A stretch of 64,000 nucleotides of DNA from Parasitella parasitica NRRL 2501. Taxonomy: Eukaryota; Fungi; Mucoromycota. Both the position numbers and the translations under genes were made by a program. Positions 1-12,228 of this stretch are shown here, piece by piece; the first letter of the stretch is position 1, and every line of letters begins with the position of its first letter. Below the pieces are notes generated by a model, which did not search any database, was not told the DNA's origin, and was given only the letters and a program-made list of their open reading frames with translations. The DNA lies in the NCBI GenBank assembly GCA_025201805.1, contig MU619243.1:124001-188000 (forward strand), in the 5' to 3' direction.

Positions 1-951
1 GCTTTACAAAACATTGTGAGCTGGATGCAACTCTTTTCTCCTCAAACTATGGACTTGGAAAATCTTGAATCATGTACGAGATATCATAACATGTTTACCA
101 ATAATCCCAACAATGAATCACGTCTTAAACCATACTTTGACTTTGGTTGCGCCGGTGATGTCAAGCAGTTCTTTACAAAGGAGTGCAATTCTGTGAATTG
201 GCAAGCCTTCGACAGTATCGTTTCTTTCGACAGCACTGAAAATTTAAAGTTTTGCAGCATGGTATTACCCAACAGCCCTCCTTTATCATCGAACGGTAGT
301 GATGTGCAACAGGATACAGGCATTCGTCGACTGGAGATGAGTCAATCCATTCTTTATACAATGGCATTTCCAGAGATGTCCAAAAGACTGCCTATATTGC
401 ACGAACTCATCTTGCATACAAATTGCTATTTGAAGGAAAACCGCTACTCATTAGAAATATTTTTGCCATCAACACAGCTAGACTTATTTTCTTTGATAAT
501 CGCCCCAACTTGCAATGTTAATTCTAAGACAAACCGCAGAAATTCTTACGGCCTGCACCTGTCAAATTCTGACCATAACTCTGACTCTGATCCCGATTCT
601 GATCACTACTATGACTCTGACACTGACTATGGCTATAGTTATGGTTATCGCTCAAGCCCTTATCATCGCCATTCGGTAAAGCAAGTCCAAAAATGTGCAT
701 TGGAAAACCAGGAATTGCTCACAGCCATGACTTCAAATTACACACTGAAAATAGAAACCCAAACAAAAACACACATCTCAGAAAGAGAACAAGGAAATAT
801 TGTTCAAAGATCCATAGATTCAGGCGTTCAGAATGCTATTACCGGAACAAAGGAGAACTTTTTGATCTGGGTAAAGTTTAAAGAATTGAAGAAATTCAAA
901 ATTTGTAGCAATGCAGTTGCTGGATCAGAAGGCTATGAAGTGCTTGAATGA
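1..951 (+). CDS. Hypothetical protein, 5'-truncated by the window edge; contains an Asp/Ser/Tyr low-complexity patch
   Basis: Frame is open from the window start to TGA at 949-951 (>310 codons). Contains SDHNSDSDPDSDHYYDSDTDYGYSYGY. No recognisable catalytic motif. Confidence 0.5.
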   Translation, partial: ALQNIVSWMQLFSPQTMDLENLESCTRYHNMFTNNPNNESRLKPYFDFGCAGDVKQFFTKECNSVNWQAFDSIVSFDSTENLKFCSMVLPNSPPLSSNGSDVQQDTGIRRLEMSQSILYTMAFPEMSKRLPILHELILHTNCYLKENRYSLEIFLPSTQLDLFSLIIAPTCNVNSKTNRRNSYGLHLSNSDHNSDSDPDSDHYYDSDTDYGYSYGYRSSPYHRHSVKQVQKCALENQELLTAMTSNYTLKIETQTKTHISEREQGNIVQRSIDSGVQNAITGTKENFLIWVKFKELKKFKICSNAVAGSEGYEVLE

Positions 952-1484
952 TCTCTATTATACCCAGTCTAATAAAAATCTATATGCAAACAAAGTTTGC
1001 CTCAATTTTAGATGTTTTTGGAAGAATAACATTATTTAGATCACAAAAGAAATGTCGGGCAGAGTTATTGAGACCAGAGTTGTAAAATGAGTTTTGATAA
1101 TGAACCTGCGCAGTTTCATCTTTATAATTGTGATAATCATATACGATATTTTAGATAATTTCCTCTTTGTCATAGTTCCCTAGTCTTATTAAATACAAGG
1201 CACAATTTTTTTTGCAGGGAAAACCACCAATATCGGTTGGAAATTACCAGAATTAACCAAACGTGTTTCTGATATTGTCTACATTTAATAATTTCGAGAG
1301 ATAGCTTCCGATATGAATTGGAGTAATGTTTGATAATTACATTATAGTAGAGGATTGAAAAACTTCCCCCGAGAACACCCCGAAAACAATCACATTGTTG
1401 TTACCGGGTTTGCTATAAAAACAACCTGGTGTTTCACCCTTTATATCAATTTTCCTCACAGCAAAAGAAAAAAGTTGCATTACT

Positions 1485-2237
1485 ATGAGAGCTTATGTTT
1501 ATGATATCCAAGATCCTGCCGATCAGCGTGCTCCTCATGATTTAGGTATCGAAAAATCTCAAGCAGATTTGGAAAAGGTTGGTGTCCTATACTGGCGTAT
1601 TGAGGGAGACGGTGCTCTTGACAAAATCGATGAAATTGCTAAAGAAAGAAGCTACAAAAACAGAGATACAGTAAATATACACTCATAAAATGAAAATGCT
1701 CTTTCACTTAGTTTTTTGTGTGCTAGATTATTGTGTCTCCTGATGCTATGGGATCTAGCTATGGGGAAAAAGTCAAGTCTTTCTTTGCCGAGTGAGTTTC
1801 ATCGAAATTAATAATATTTACATACACGTAATATTTAAGATTCATGTAGGCACCTTCATGAAGATGAAGAAATTCGGTTTATTTTGGATGGCTCTGGCTA
1901 TTTCGATGTTCGCGATCAACAAGATGTTTGGATTCGTATTTACATGGACAAAGGAGACATGATCATTTTGGTAAGTGGGGTTTGCATTTCTGCCATGTCT
2001 TATTGCTGATATGTCGCAATAGCCTTCTGGTATTTATCATAGATTTACTACTGATGAAAACAATTATATCAAAGCCATGCGATTATTCAAGGATGAACCT
2101 AAATGGACACCGCTTAATCGTATGTGGCCATGGCGATTAACATTTCCCCGTCCTAATTACATAATGTAGGTCCTGTTACCGCTGATAACATATACAGACA
2201 AGAATATGTCAAATCTTACAAGTTAAACGGTGCATAA
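1485..2237 (+). CDS. ADI1: Acireductone dioxygenase (methionine salvage), 5 exons
   Basis: Spliced translation gives MRAYVYD...GVLYW...[62 protein letters not shown]. These are ARD cupin metal-binding motifs. Introns are GT-AG; stop TAA at 2235-2237. Confidence 0.93.
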
Positions 2238-2274
2238 ACGATTGTTTTTATTTATTTAAAAAGATTACTACAAT

Positions 2275-3031
2275 TTACTTGGACATCTGTACATTCGGGT
2301 TAAAATAAAATACATGTTTGAGCTATCTACGACATACCATCATCTTGACAAATTCTTGATAATTGATCTGACCATCACCGTCAACGTCGGCTTCACGGAT
2401 CATTTCATCGACTTCTTCTTCGCTCATCTTCTCGCCAAGGGAAGTCATTACATGACGTAACTCTGCAGCAGAGATATATCCATTACCATCCTTATCAAAG
2501 ACCTTGAAGGCTTCTTCGATCTCTTCTTGGGAATCAGTATCCTTCATTTTTCTGAAAATTTATTATAGTGAATACAGATGTAGCTGCTTACCGTATCGCT
2601 GCCTCTTACCTAGCTAACATGGATAAGAATTCAGGAAAATCAATAAGACCGTTACCATCACTATCAACTTCATTGATCTATACGTAGTTTGTATAATATG
2701 AATGAGCTGGTTTCGTGCATTTTAAAAGGAACCATCTGTTTTTACCATATCTTGAAGTTCAGCCTCGGTGGGGTTCAAATTTAAGGAACGCATAACAGTA
2801 CCAAGCTCCTTTGTAGTGATGGAACCATCGCCATCCTTATCAAAAAGACTTGCGATAATGAATAATTTAGTTTTACGTGATATTTACCAGTAAAAAAAAA
2901 GCTTACTTGAATGCCTCGCGGAATTCAGTGATTTGTTCTTCAGTGAGTTGATCAGCCTGACGGATGTGAAATATGTTTAGTTTAAATCACGTTCAGCTAG
3001 CATCCATGAAAGAGAGTTTGGTGCTTACCAT
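2275..3031 (-). CDS. CMD1: Calmodulin, 6 exons; first exon contributes only the ATG
   Basis: Exons read M / [16 protein letters not shown] / [34 protein letters not shown] / [22 protein letters not shown] / [40 protein letters not shown]...EFVKMM / MSK*. Four EF hands. Confidence 0.96.
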
Positions 3032-3230
3032 GATTTAAAATTTTTATAAGGAAAAAGAAAAAGAAGAAGAATGAATTCAGGAAAAAAATTAATATTTGCG
3101 CAAGCATGTACAGTACTTTCTTTTTTGTTGTCATGATTTCGCGTGACTAAATGTGGTACAAATTTGATGAATAAGGTGCGTTTTGTAATGAAAAACTTGG
3201 ATATAAGCCCACCCTGTTTTGTTGCATATA

Positions 3231-4647
3231 CAGTGCTTCCAACAGTCAATATCGCACACGGTCAAAAATGATGTCGCAAGCCAATGAAAACCGATGTCGT
3301 CAGTTATTCAACATCAATTTCGCACTTTCCGGGAACCAAGTCGTATTTCTAGAAACCATGTCGTGCATTTGAAAATGATAAAAGTTGGCCATTTCATCTC
3401 CTGGGTCAGTTTTTTTCATTTCTTCAATTGTTTAAAGTTTAACATGAGTGCAATATTTTTATTTGAAGATGGACATGGAAATGTCGTTGATGAGAATGGA
3501 GGCCCTGAACCCATGGAATATATTGTTGATCAGAATGAATTTATTGTAGAATCGATTGCGACTCATAGTGAGTACTTGAAAAATATGCCTTCTTGTGAAT
3601 CTTCATTGGTTTATCCAATGTTGATAGAAAAGCCAAAAGACGAAGACATCCGTATGAAAGAAGCAAAGTGTATGAGCGCATCAGCTGCAGCGAAGCAGTT
3701 GGGTATTCACATTCGAACTGTGCAGAGATAGGTTAAGCAGTACAATATGCGTCCTGATAGTATTTTCGAGGTTTGTAAGCAGGTTGGTCGTAAATGTATC
3801 TTGAGCGAAGAGCATAAAACTGCTGTTATCGACTTCATTGATGCTAATGCTTCTGTTGCAGTTGTTGAAGTGACTGAGCATTTGTTGAATCGGTTCAATG
3901 ATCTTAAAGTTTCACGTAGCACTGTTTATAATTTCATGAGAAGTGAGTCCAATCTTTCTTTGAAGAAAGCTGACTTCCATTCTATCGAAAGAAACAGCCC
4001 AGCAAAGATTGAAGAGAGACATGATTGGGTTCGTAACTGGGAAAATACTGATATGAATTTTTTGACGAATTGCGTGTTTCTTGACGAGTCAGCTTTTGAT
4101 ATCAATATGAAACGCTCAAGAGCTTGGTCCAAAAAAGGTACGCGTGCCATTGTTACTCGGCCTACTACGAGAGCAAACACAACATCGATACTGGGTGCTA
4201 TCTCAGCTGCAGGTTTGATCAAAGTTGGCGTAAAAAAACCAAGACCTGCAAAGAAGAGAAAGACGGAAGGGTATGTAAGCTCAGGGACTGTAACTGGTCA
4301 CTACATAAGTTTCTTAAAAATGACTCTCGATGAAATGGACAAACATCCTCATATGAAGGGTCATTATATAGTCATGGATAATGCACCCATTCACACGCAT
4401 GAAAACATAAGGAAATACATTGAGTATCGAGGATATAAGTGTGTATATCTTCCTACATGCTCTCTGGAGCTTAACCCAATAGAACAGTCCTGGGCAATAG
4501 CAAAATGTAAGATTAAGTGCCATAGGTTTTTGCAGGAAGAAGAGAATTACAGAAGCGTGCAATAATGTAGAAAAAGTTCACTTCAAAGGTTTCATTTCGC
4601 ATTCTTACAAGTGTTGGGATAAATGTCGAAACAGGGAACCAATGTAA
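3231..4647 (+). mobile_element. Tc1/mariner-IS630 superfamily (DD34E) transposon with a disrupted transposase
   Basis: HTH SAAAKQLGIHIRTVQR. Catalytic motifs FLDES, VMDNAPIH and LNPIEQ, with 34 residues between the second D and E. In-frame TAG at 3729-3731, probably from TGG. After a frameshift near 4540 the frame RITEACNN...KCRNREPM* ends at 4647. Candidate left end TA|CAGTG at 3229-3235. Confidence 0.88.
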
Positions 4648-4855
4648 TGGCCACTGACCACAAACATCTCTCACGCAGCATGAAAAAAAAAAAAGCCTCG
4701 AGCACCCCAGTGAGCTTCAAAAAAACACCATAAACGCAAAAGGTGGTGATTTGAAGGTAAAAGGAGGTGACTTGAAGCTCACTGGGGTGCTCGAGGCTTT
4801 TTTTTTTTTCATGCTGCGTGAGAGATGTTTGCGGTCAGTGGCCATTACATTGGTT
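4637..4855. repeat. Long near-perfect inverted repeat (84-bp arms, 51-bp spacer)
   Basis: 4637-4720 is the reverse complement of 4772-4855 with one mismatch; the A12 and T12 tracts match. Confidence 0.95.
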
Positions 4856-7493
4856 ATATAATAGAAGCCAGTGATAGTAAGGCTTGCCGTTATCTACTGT
4901 GCAGAAATCAAGTACTCAACTAACCCAGTAAAGACGTTCTGTCTAGATGCACTATATTACTCTTTAAACTAATGAAGTTCATCTCCAGTATATATATTAT
5001 TTGTATGAATCTGGTCCTTTTTGCTATGTATCTGACATTATGGTCTGTTTTGATGAAAAGAAATTATGATCTTGAAGGAAGCAAGCGTTACAAAGATACC
5101 ATATAAATGTTTGTTATTCCATACCGTGATAAAAAGCACCAGTTTTATGTATACGGTATTAAAGACTGTCAAACCCCATAGCGACGTAAAAATTAAGCTC
5201 CTGCGACACACCCAGTTATTAAAACGTCTACTCCACGTTTCATTCTATTATCGTGAATCAAATTGTTTTATACAATAGGATGCATTTCATATATATAAAC
5301 TGTTCATATATACTATGTCTTCTACAATTTAGTAATCAACGTTTGAGATTCAGTACAAGCAAACCCGAAAAGATGTTTCTCCCAAGTTGTTGACCATATA
5401 CACCTTGGGTGGTTTTTATATATACTCAAATAGACGGGTATTACTTATTTCAATTAGCAATATCTCCTTGGTATTGTGCTAAAATCATTAGTGTTTCAAC
5501 TCCAAATCCATAGTCTCTGTTCCACCTTCATCTTAAATTTCACCTTGAGCATCTAGCTGCAATCTGCTAGACGCACTGGAATTGCTGGAATTGCTGGAGA
5601 TACAGCACAGCATTGAGCATGAAGGCTTCCAAAGCTATTATTATCAACAAGAAAGCTGCTACAGACGGTAAGAGTCGAAGCAAAATTATATATATTTTAC
5701 AAAAGAGTCTATTTTGAGTTTGCAAACATTCTGAGTATTTTCCATGCTGATATAGTGCATAATCAGTATAAGTAAAAAAAAAAAAAAAAAAGGATATTGA
5801 TTGAGCCTTACTCCAGAGCGTGGTACTATGCACGTCTGATCTTAGATAGGTCGCGGTACCTTTAGAATAGACAAGTTATGGACCAACAACTACTGCTGTA
5901 ATTTATGTCTTTGTCATAGCGAAGTGAAGATTTAGAAATTAAGTGACAGAGTCATCGCACACATTACGGTATTAGAAGAATGAGATTGAGCAGCTTGAGC
6001 ATTAATGCCCTTAAGTGAGCAGGAGAAATGTTTAAGATTTTCTAGTAGGAGCTTGCGAAGCGGCGCACAGGTCTATGAGAGAAACAAAGATGAATATCAA
6101 TAGTAGAGATTAAAGTATGGAGAACGTAGGTGTATATTTCAAAATTATCAGTTTGGATACAGTGATTGACCTCAATTTTCAGCCAAGAAATCGACATGGC
6201 CAACCTATATTTATGCTTTGTAGATGAGTATCCATTTGGATTTGGAGGCAAGACATGAACTAATAGGTAACTTGAAATGTCTCATATAAATCGATAGCTA
6301 ATATGCTGCTTAAAAGTCATTTTGATACAATAACTCTTATTGTTCAAATTAATTTAAATGAAGGGTCTTATGCGATAATAATAACATTGATTTTGTGACA
6401 GAAAAGTATGTACATACTGTACATACATTATATCAGCTCTCATAATTCGACTCTGCAATAGCCAACAAACAAAGCTAGTGGCAATTTTTCATGAATGCAA
6501 ATGCATGTTGTTGAAGTATTGACAAGAAATTCAGGAAGGATAGATAACAGAGTAAAGGACTAATGAGGGTTGTAAGATATTTGACAAAATAATGTTTTGA
6601 ATCAAATCCATTCATTGTAAAGAAGAAGCTAACGAAGATCTGAATTCTTGCAACCCGATTTAGCAATTTGTCGTTATTTTGAAGATTAGCTGCTTTGAAG
6701 AGTGAAGTTAAAAAACGTCGCTATAGAGAGCAAAATTGAGCAGCTGGTTTCAAAGAAAGGCATACAGGATCTCATGTTTTTGTTCGAAAGCTGACCGTAA
6801 CTGTATATATTTCAAGAGAACAGTGTGATCAGGCACCATAGTGCTTTTTTTTTTTTTGAGAAAATGAGGAACATCAAAGACAATACAATATACTTGTATA
6901 AGAGAAATGAGGTGCGGAAAAGGTTACATATGTAATACGACAAAAGATCCAGACAAGATCAAGAAGGTCTAGTCGACAAAACGTGTCCTCACTGTTTCCG
7001 GTAATGATTTATGCACGACTATAATTGACGTAGTCGTTACGAGCTCTGAACATTACATGGGAGATAATATACAATTACAAAAGTTAATACCACTAGCCCG
7101 GAATAGACAATGACCACATCCCTACCGAATGTAAAGGAATCATATAATATCTTGTTCACTTTAAATGACACTGATTTACTATTCAGAGCCCTTTTTCAGA
7201 AGCAGTTGCATGGTAACCGAAGCATTTCATCTTAAAGTAACACATGCACAAATGTTGGGGATTTAGCAGTTGATTATATTGAATTGCATTTTAAAATCCT
7301 AACAGAGGTCTTTTAGAAGGGCAGCGAGTCTATTTGTTATGGGTATCATTATTTCATCCTTTTATAATAGTAACAATAATAGTGGCGATAATGAAGGTGT
7401 GTGTGCGTGTGTACGTAAGCGCGTGTATATATGTATATAATATGGGCGGTTGTATGTATTAAGGGAATCGATTCTTATTCTTCTTGTTGTACT

Positions 7494-8635
7494 TTATTTG
7501 TGCTTGGCAAGTTGTTTTGTTGGAAAACGTTTGCGTAACATTGCAATCATCTGGCTGAACCACCAAACATTTAAGCATGTGGTCACGAAATTAGCAGCTC
7601 CATAAACAATCCAATCTACGTTGATAATAGGTCAACCAAAGTAATTTGTATACTACCATCACACTTACATCTCCATGGAACATCGTCCTTAACCGCATAA
7701 ATATCAACTATCCAAAAAAGACTAATCAATATCAGCCAACTTATTACGTTGATCCAGCAACTTACACCACATTTTATAGGACATGTAGGTACCAAACACT
7801 ATACGTGCACTGAAAAATGTTACCAAAAGCACAATACCATTTACCAATTGGATTCTTGAGCCAGTCCAACCCAATTTATCCTGTTGATGTGTTTGATTAG
7901 TGACCTTCCCTTCCTACAAATGCTGCTTTTCCCTTTTACCATGAACCAATGGAAGTTTAGAAATATAGTGCTGAGTTCGTACATGAGAAAGATGGCACCA
8001 TAGTAATTGACGAAAGGACGCTAGTCATCCTATATGTTAGAAAACGCTGTTACAAAGCATACAACGGCACGCTTACAAAGGAGAAGATGAAGACGGAAAA
8101 CGAAGCAATACCGTGAAACACCATGCTTATGCCTTGATCTTTATAAAAATAGATCGCAATAATCGTGTCCCATAAAAAGTAACTAAAAGATAGTAATTAA
8201 TTATAGACCCTTGATTTTATCGATTTTGCCTGTGTTTACCCGCAAGAAATAGAGTAGATATCAGCAGCCCATCTCACATAACCAAACACTCTATCGTTCT
8301 CAAGTGAATTGTCTGCAAATATAAAAAACGACCCAGCAACGACAATCAGACAATGTACCGTGGATACAACATGAATATGCCAATTTGGCCCATTGTACTG
8401 ATTTGAACATGAGCAACCAATACATAGACGCAACGCCAAACCATTTACTTACTCCTTTAAAGAATTGAAAGGTCTTTGGGAACAAGACTGGTGAGAATAT
8501 ACGGGAAATTTCATAAATTATCGCAAATACAACAGCTGAAGTCAGCACAGATTGCCAGTGGTACCGAAGAGTGGATAGAGATAGTTGATCCAAGATATCA
8601 CCAAACGTTGATGATGATACAGCCATGGATTCCAT
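7494..8635 (-). CDS. TLC (TRAM/LAG1/CLN8) domain membrane protein, TMEM56/TLCD4-like; multi-exon
   Basis: Spliced motifs WHIHVVSTVH, DRVFGY, GYFLWD, MVFHG, FLMYELSTIFLNFHWFMDKLG, NGIVLLVTFFSARIVFG and LNVWWFSQMI are characteristic of TLC proteins. Confidence 0.88.
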
Positions 8636-9958
8636 TCTTCTATAATTTTATGACAGAAACAAAGAAAGGAAGAAAAGAGAGAAAAATGAGAAAAGGAAAA
8701 GGGAGTGTCTTTTGATAAATGATTTTCTTATGCCCTTTTGTTGATTTAGTCAATTAATGATTTAACCTCAGATTTTGTGTGTACAAAGGTAACAGCGTGT
8801 GCAGGTTTACAAACTATGCAATCCAGCTGGTGGAGATTGGCTTTTATTACTGCCATCAAAGTAAATACCGAGAGATAAATACAAGCTTCTTTGTTTTTGT
8901 TTCCTCTATCATAAGTCCTGGTTTCCAATTCGTATTTCGTACCAAACATCCCAAAGAGAGCCCTGACGATGCAATGCTCAAAGGAGATCACTCTTACAAT
9001 GTCGTTATTGACATGTTCCTGACGCTTTACGGTGTTAGTGGTTTGGTAGACGACATTGATAAACTTTACCAAAGGGCTTTATGCAATTGTAATCTCATTT
9101 TGATGCACTATCTATCCTATATGGAACAACTTTTTGAAGAATATTGGTAAGCTTTTGTAACAAATTAATGCGTCAGTATACTACCAAAGCAATCAAATGA
9201 CATGAAGACTTTGGTCATAAGCGACCTCGATAATAGCTTTGTCAATGGGTTGCTTTGGGGCTGTATAACCTCTTCATATATTCCACTTTCTAATTTGCCT
9301 TGAGATACCGACTGGCATTGGGGAGCATATTACCGCACAGATGAAAGACTTGCCTGTTGCGTATGGGGTTTTTGAAAGCGAGTGAATTGTCTGCAGCAAC
9401 CATTTATCTGTAAATCAGACCCATGAGTCTAGTGATTTATATGTCTGCAGCAAGCACGTTGTGGTGACAATTACCATGGCAACCAAAATAAGCTTCATAC
9501 TTGAATACTACAAGAACCAGCAATTTTTTAGCTCTCAACTACCATGTTACTACATCTTGTAATATAAATAGCCATACTTCATCGTTTAAGTATAGAACCC
9601 TTTCTCTTTTGGAGTACTCTTACTCATGGTAATATTTATGAGTATATTCGAGTGAGTTACAAGATACATTTATCTTTTCTATATATTTTTTTAATAGTCG
9701 GAAAACGATATCATTGACATTTTTCAAAAAGGGTTGTTTTCAGACACACGGTTTTCACTGAGCACAAATTTCTAGCTCTAAGGCGTGTTGTTATGCATTG
9801 TTAATGGAACAATGCTTTTAGTTGACCTTTACCAACGGTCACCTTTTTTCTTTTTTGAAGATTCGTGATTCTCCGCAATGGCTTCCTTCCTTTTTCCTCT
9901 TGCACAATTGCAACTGCAACTACAACCACAAGCGCAGCAAGGCAATTACAACAAGATA

Positions 9959-10524
9959 ATGTCACAAATCTTACCTATTGACAAAAAGCAACTTCGCGCT
10001 TGTTTATTATGCTCTCTTATCAAGGCAAGTTTGGATTTACAAACCAACTGCTTTGATTTTACACTAAACCGACCAACTCTATATATAGAATGCTTCCCAA
10101 TTCCGTTCTAATGGATGCGAAAACTGTGAAGAAATTCTGCAAATGAGAGGCAGTGGTGATAGAGTGACTGAATGCACAAGTAGCAAGTTTGAAGGGTTGG
10201 TACCTCTAGAAAAAAAAAAGGGGGGGGGGAGGGAGGGAATTTGACTTCTCAATCAAATGTATTGTTTGTTTTTTTTTGTGTTTAGTGCGATAGCTTTAAT
10301 GCATCCAGGAGAAAGTTGGGTTGGCAGGTGGCAACGAGTTGGTAAGTGACACTTTGGACGGTGTATTTATTCGATCAGCATTTTTAAATAGTTTGATGAT
10401 AGATAAATTTCACCAAGGAGTGTATGCTATCGTGGTTTATGGAAGAGTACCTGAAGATGTGGAAGATGAGTTGGATCGACGTGGTGTGACATATAGACCA
10501 AGAGACGGCAGTGTCAAGGATTAA
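9959..10524 (+). CDS. SPT4: Transcription elongation factor Spt4, 4 exons; first intron is GC-AG
   Basis: LRACLLCSLIK / NASQFRSNGCENCEEIL...VTECTSSKFEG / AIALMHPGESWVGRWQRV / GVYAIVVYGRVPEDV...YRPRDGS. Zn-binding CxxC pairs present. Confidence 0.95.
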
Positions 10525-10635
10525 CAAGTTTTTTTTTTGTTTTTTTATTATGAAAAAGAGGAAATGAGTATTGTAATAAAGAAAAAAAAAATGGAGGGCC
10601 TAGATTTGTTTTCCTCGATATGTGTATATTCTAAA

Positions 10636-11855
10636 TCAACAACCTACGCTTTCGGTTGAAGAATCACCAGGATGCTGCCAACCCAAAATCTGAGATTGCT
10701 GTTGTTGCTGTTGCTGTTGCTGTTGTTGATGCTGATGGTGGTAATGATGCTGATGGAGGTGTTGATGCTGTTGATGATGCGGGTGTTGATGTTCTTTGTG
10801 AGACGTATCATAGGTGCTGTTGTCACGAATGAAATCCACCAAAGCAAACGGTTCCACATTTGCAGCAGCAACAGCAGCAGCAGCGGCAGCGGCAGCAGCT
10901 ACTGCATTATTATTAATAGAATTTCCATTTACAGTCGCGATAGGAGAAGGGGGAGTACTAGAGTGCATATTATATGATGGCTCTAATTGATTGTTGCTGT
11001 TATATTTTGATCCTCGTCGCTCATGTGTCTTTCGGTGTTGTGTTAAATTATCAGATCGACTGAAGGCTTTCAAACAACCAGGAAAGTTACATTTAAAGGG
11101 CTGCTCATGAGTGTGAATACGCATATGTCGCTTCAAGTGTTCCAAGCGTCTGAATCTACGATCACAGTCTGGGTGGCTACAAGCATGGGGCTTTTTCTGT
11201 TGCTTTGTGTTTGCACCTGTAGTAGAGGACGATGAAGTAGATGTCGTTGAGGATGAGTCTAAGAGGCGGCTTGATGGCGTGGGACTCTCCGTAGTGATAG
11301 TGTTGGTGCCCGCCATTGAAGATAGGTACTCTTGCTGCTGATAGTTCATGAAATTATGCTCCTGTTGTTTGGATGGTGTTGGTAACAATGGGTATGGACT
11401 ATGATGATAGTACGGGTGCATAAATGCTTCTTTTTCTTCTTTGGCCAAAAATGTATTAGATGTGGGAGTAGCCGCAGAAGATGTAGTCGAAGTAGATGAA
11501 GATGCATTAGGATCTTGTTGCTGCTGCTGTTGCTGTTGCTGCTGCTGCTGCTGTTTTTGTCTCGCAAAAGCCTTCTTCTCATGAGTACGATAATGTGCAT
11601 GAAAATTGTCTGATCGACTGAATCTTTTGCCACATCCAGGATGAGGACAAATATGAGGACGTTCCCCGGTGTGAACCAGCATATGTCTCTTCAAATGTTC
11701 GAACCTTTTGAAGCTCCATAAGCAATCAGGAAAATTGCACATATGCTTATTTTGCTTAGAAGGTTGCTTTCTAGTTGATGCTCTGTCAGAGTTATTATTG
11801 TTGCTGTTCGCATCCATTCTTTGTTGCTGTTGCTGAGAAAGCGGAGGAGGGGCCG

Positions 11856-11888
<33 letters not shown>

Positions 11889-12228
11889 GCGTCTGCTGAG
11901 ATAACTGAGAATTGGGAATAGGTGAAGAATGATGCATATGCTGAGGTGGAGATGGATTCATTTGCTGTTGGTACACATGTGACATATTGGATTGATTCAT
12001 CCAATGATGATAGTCTATGTTGTATGTTGGTCGAGGATTGTAATGATTAGAGGAATAGCCTAAATCGGCTGATTGTCTTTTGTCAAAAGGATGGTGCTGT
12101 GATAGAGCTGGAGTGAGTGGCGGAGAAAGGACAGGGTCCTCATGGTGATGTTGATGATGATGCGAAGAAGGAGGAGGGCAAAGAGAAGACCTTCTTGACA
12201 TTGATTCAGCAAATAGATTGGCGTTCAT
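10636..12228 (-). CDS. C2H2 zinc-finger transcription factor with two separate finger pairs and polyQ/polyH/polyA tracts; intronless
   Basis: Pair 1: [47 protein letters not shown]. Pair 2: [47 protein letters not shown]. First ATG at 12228. Confidence 0.9.

Noticed and set aside
2323-2340. Calmodulin ORF ending ...MMVCRR
   Set aside because: This is read-through into the last intron (ATG|gtatgt). The spliced end is MMMSK*.
5066-6900. Short ORFs in AT-rich intergenic DNA
   Set aside because: No coherent exon chain or homology recognisable by eye.
9470-9483. RFX X-box-like palindromes here (ATTACCATGGCAAC) and at 18605-18618
   Set aside because: Imperfect matches, ~450-480 bp from the nearest ATG, with no functional link to SPT4 or MET1. 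Not supportable from sequence alone.
8746-9500. Overlapping 108-123 aa ORFs on both strands
   Set aside because: No recognisable motif or splice structure. Possibly decayed repeat sequence.
10672-10977. Poly-Leu 'membrane protein' ORFs here and at 32525-32908
   Set aside because: Antisense translations of CAG/CAA and AGCAAC repeats inside real genes.
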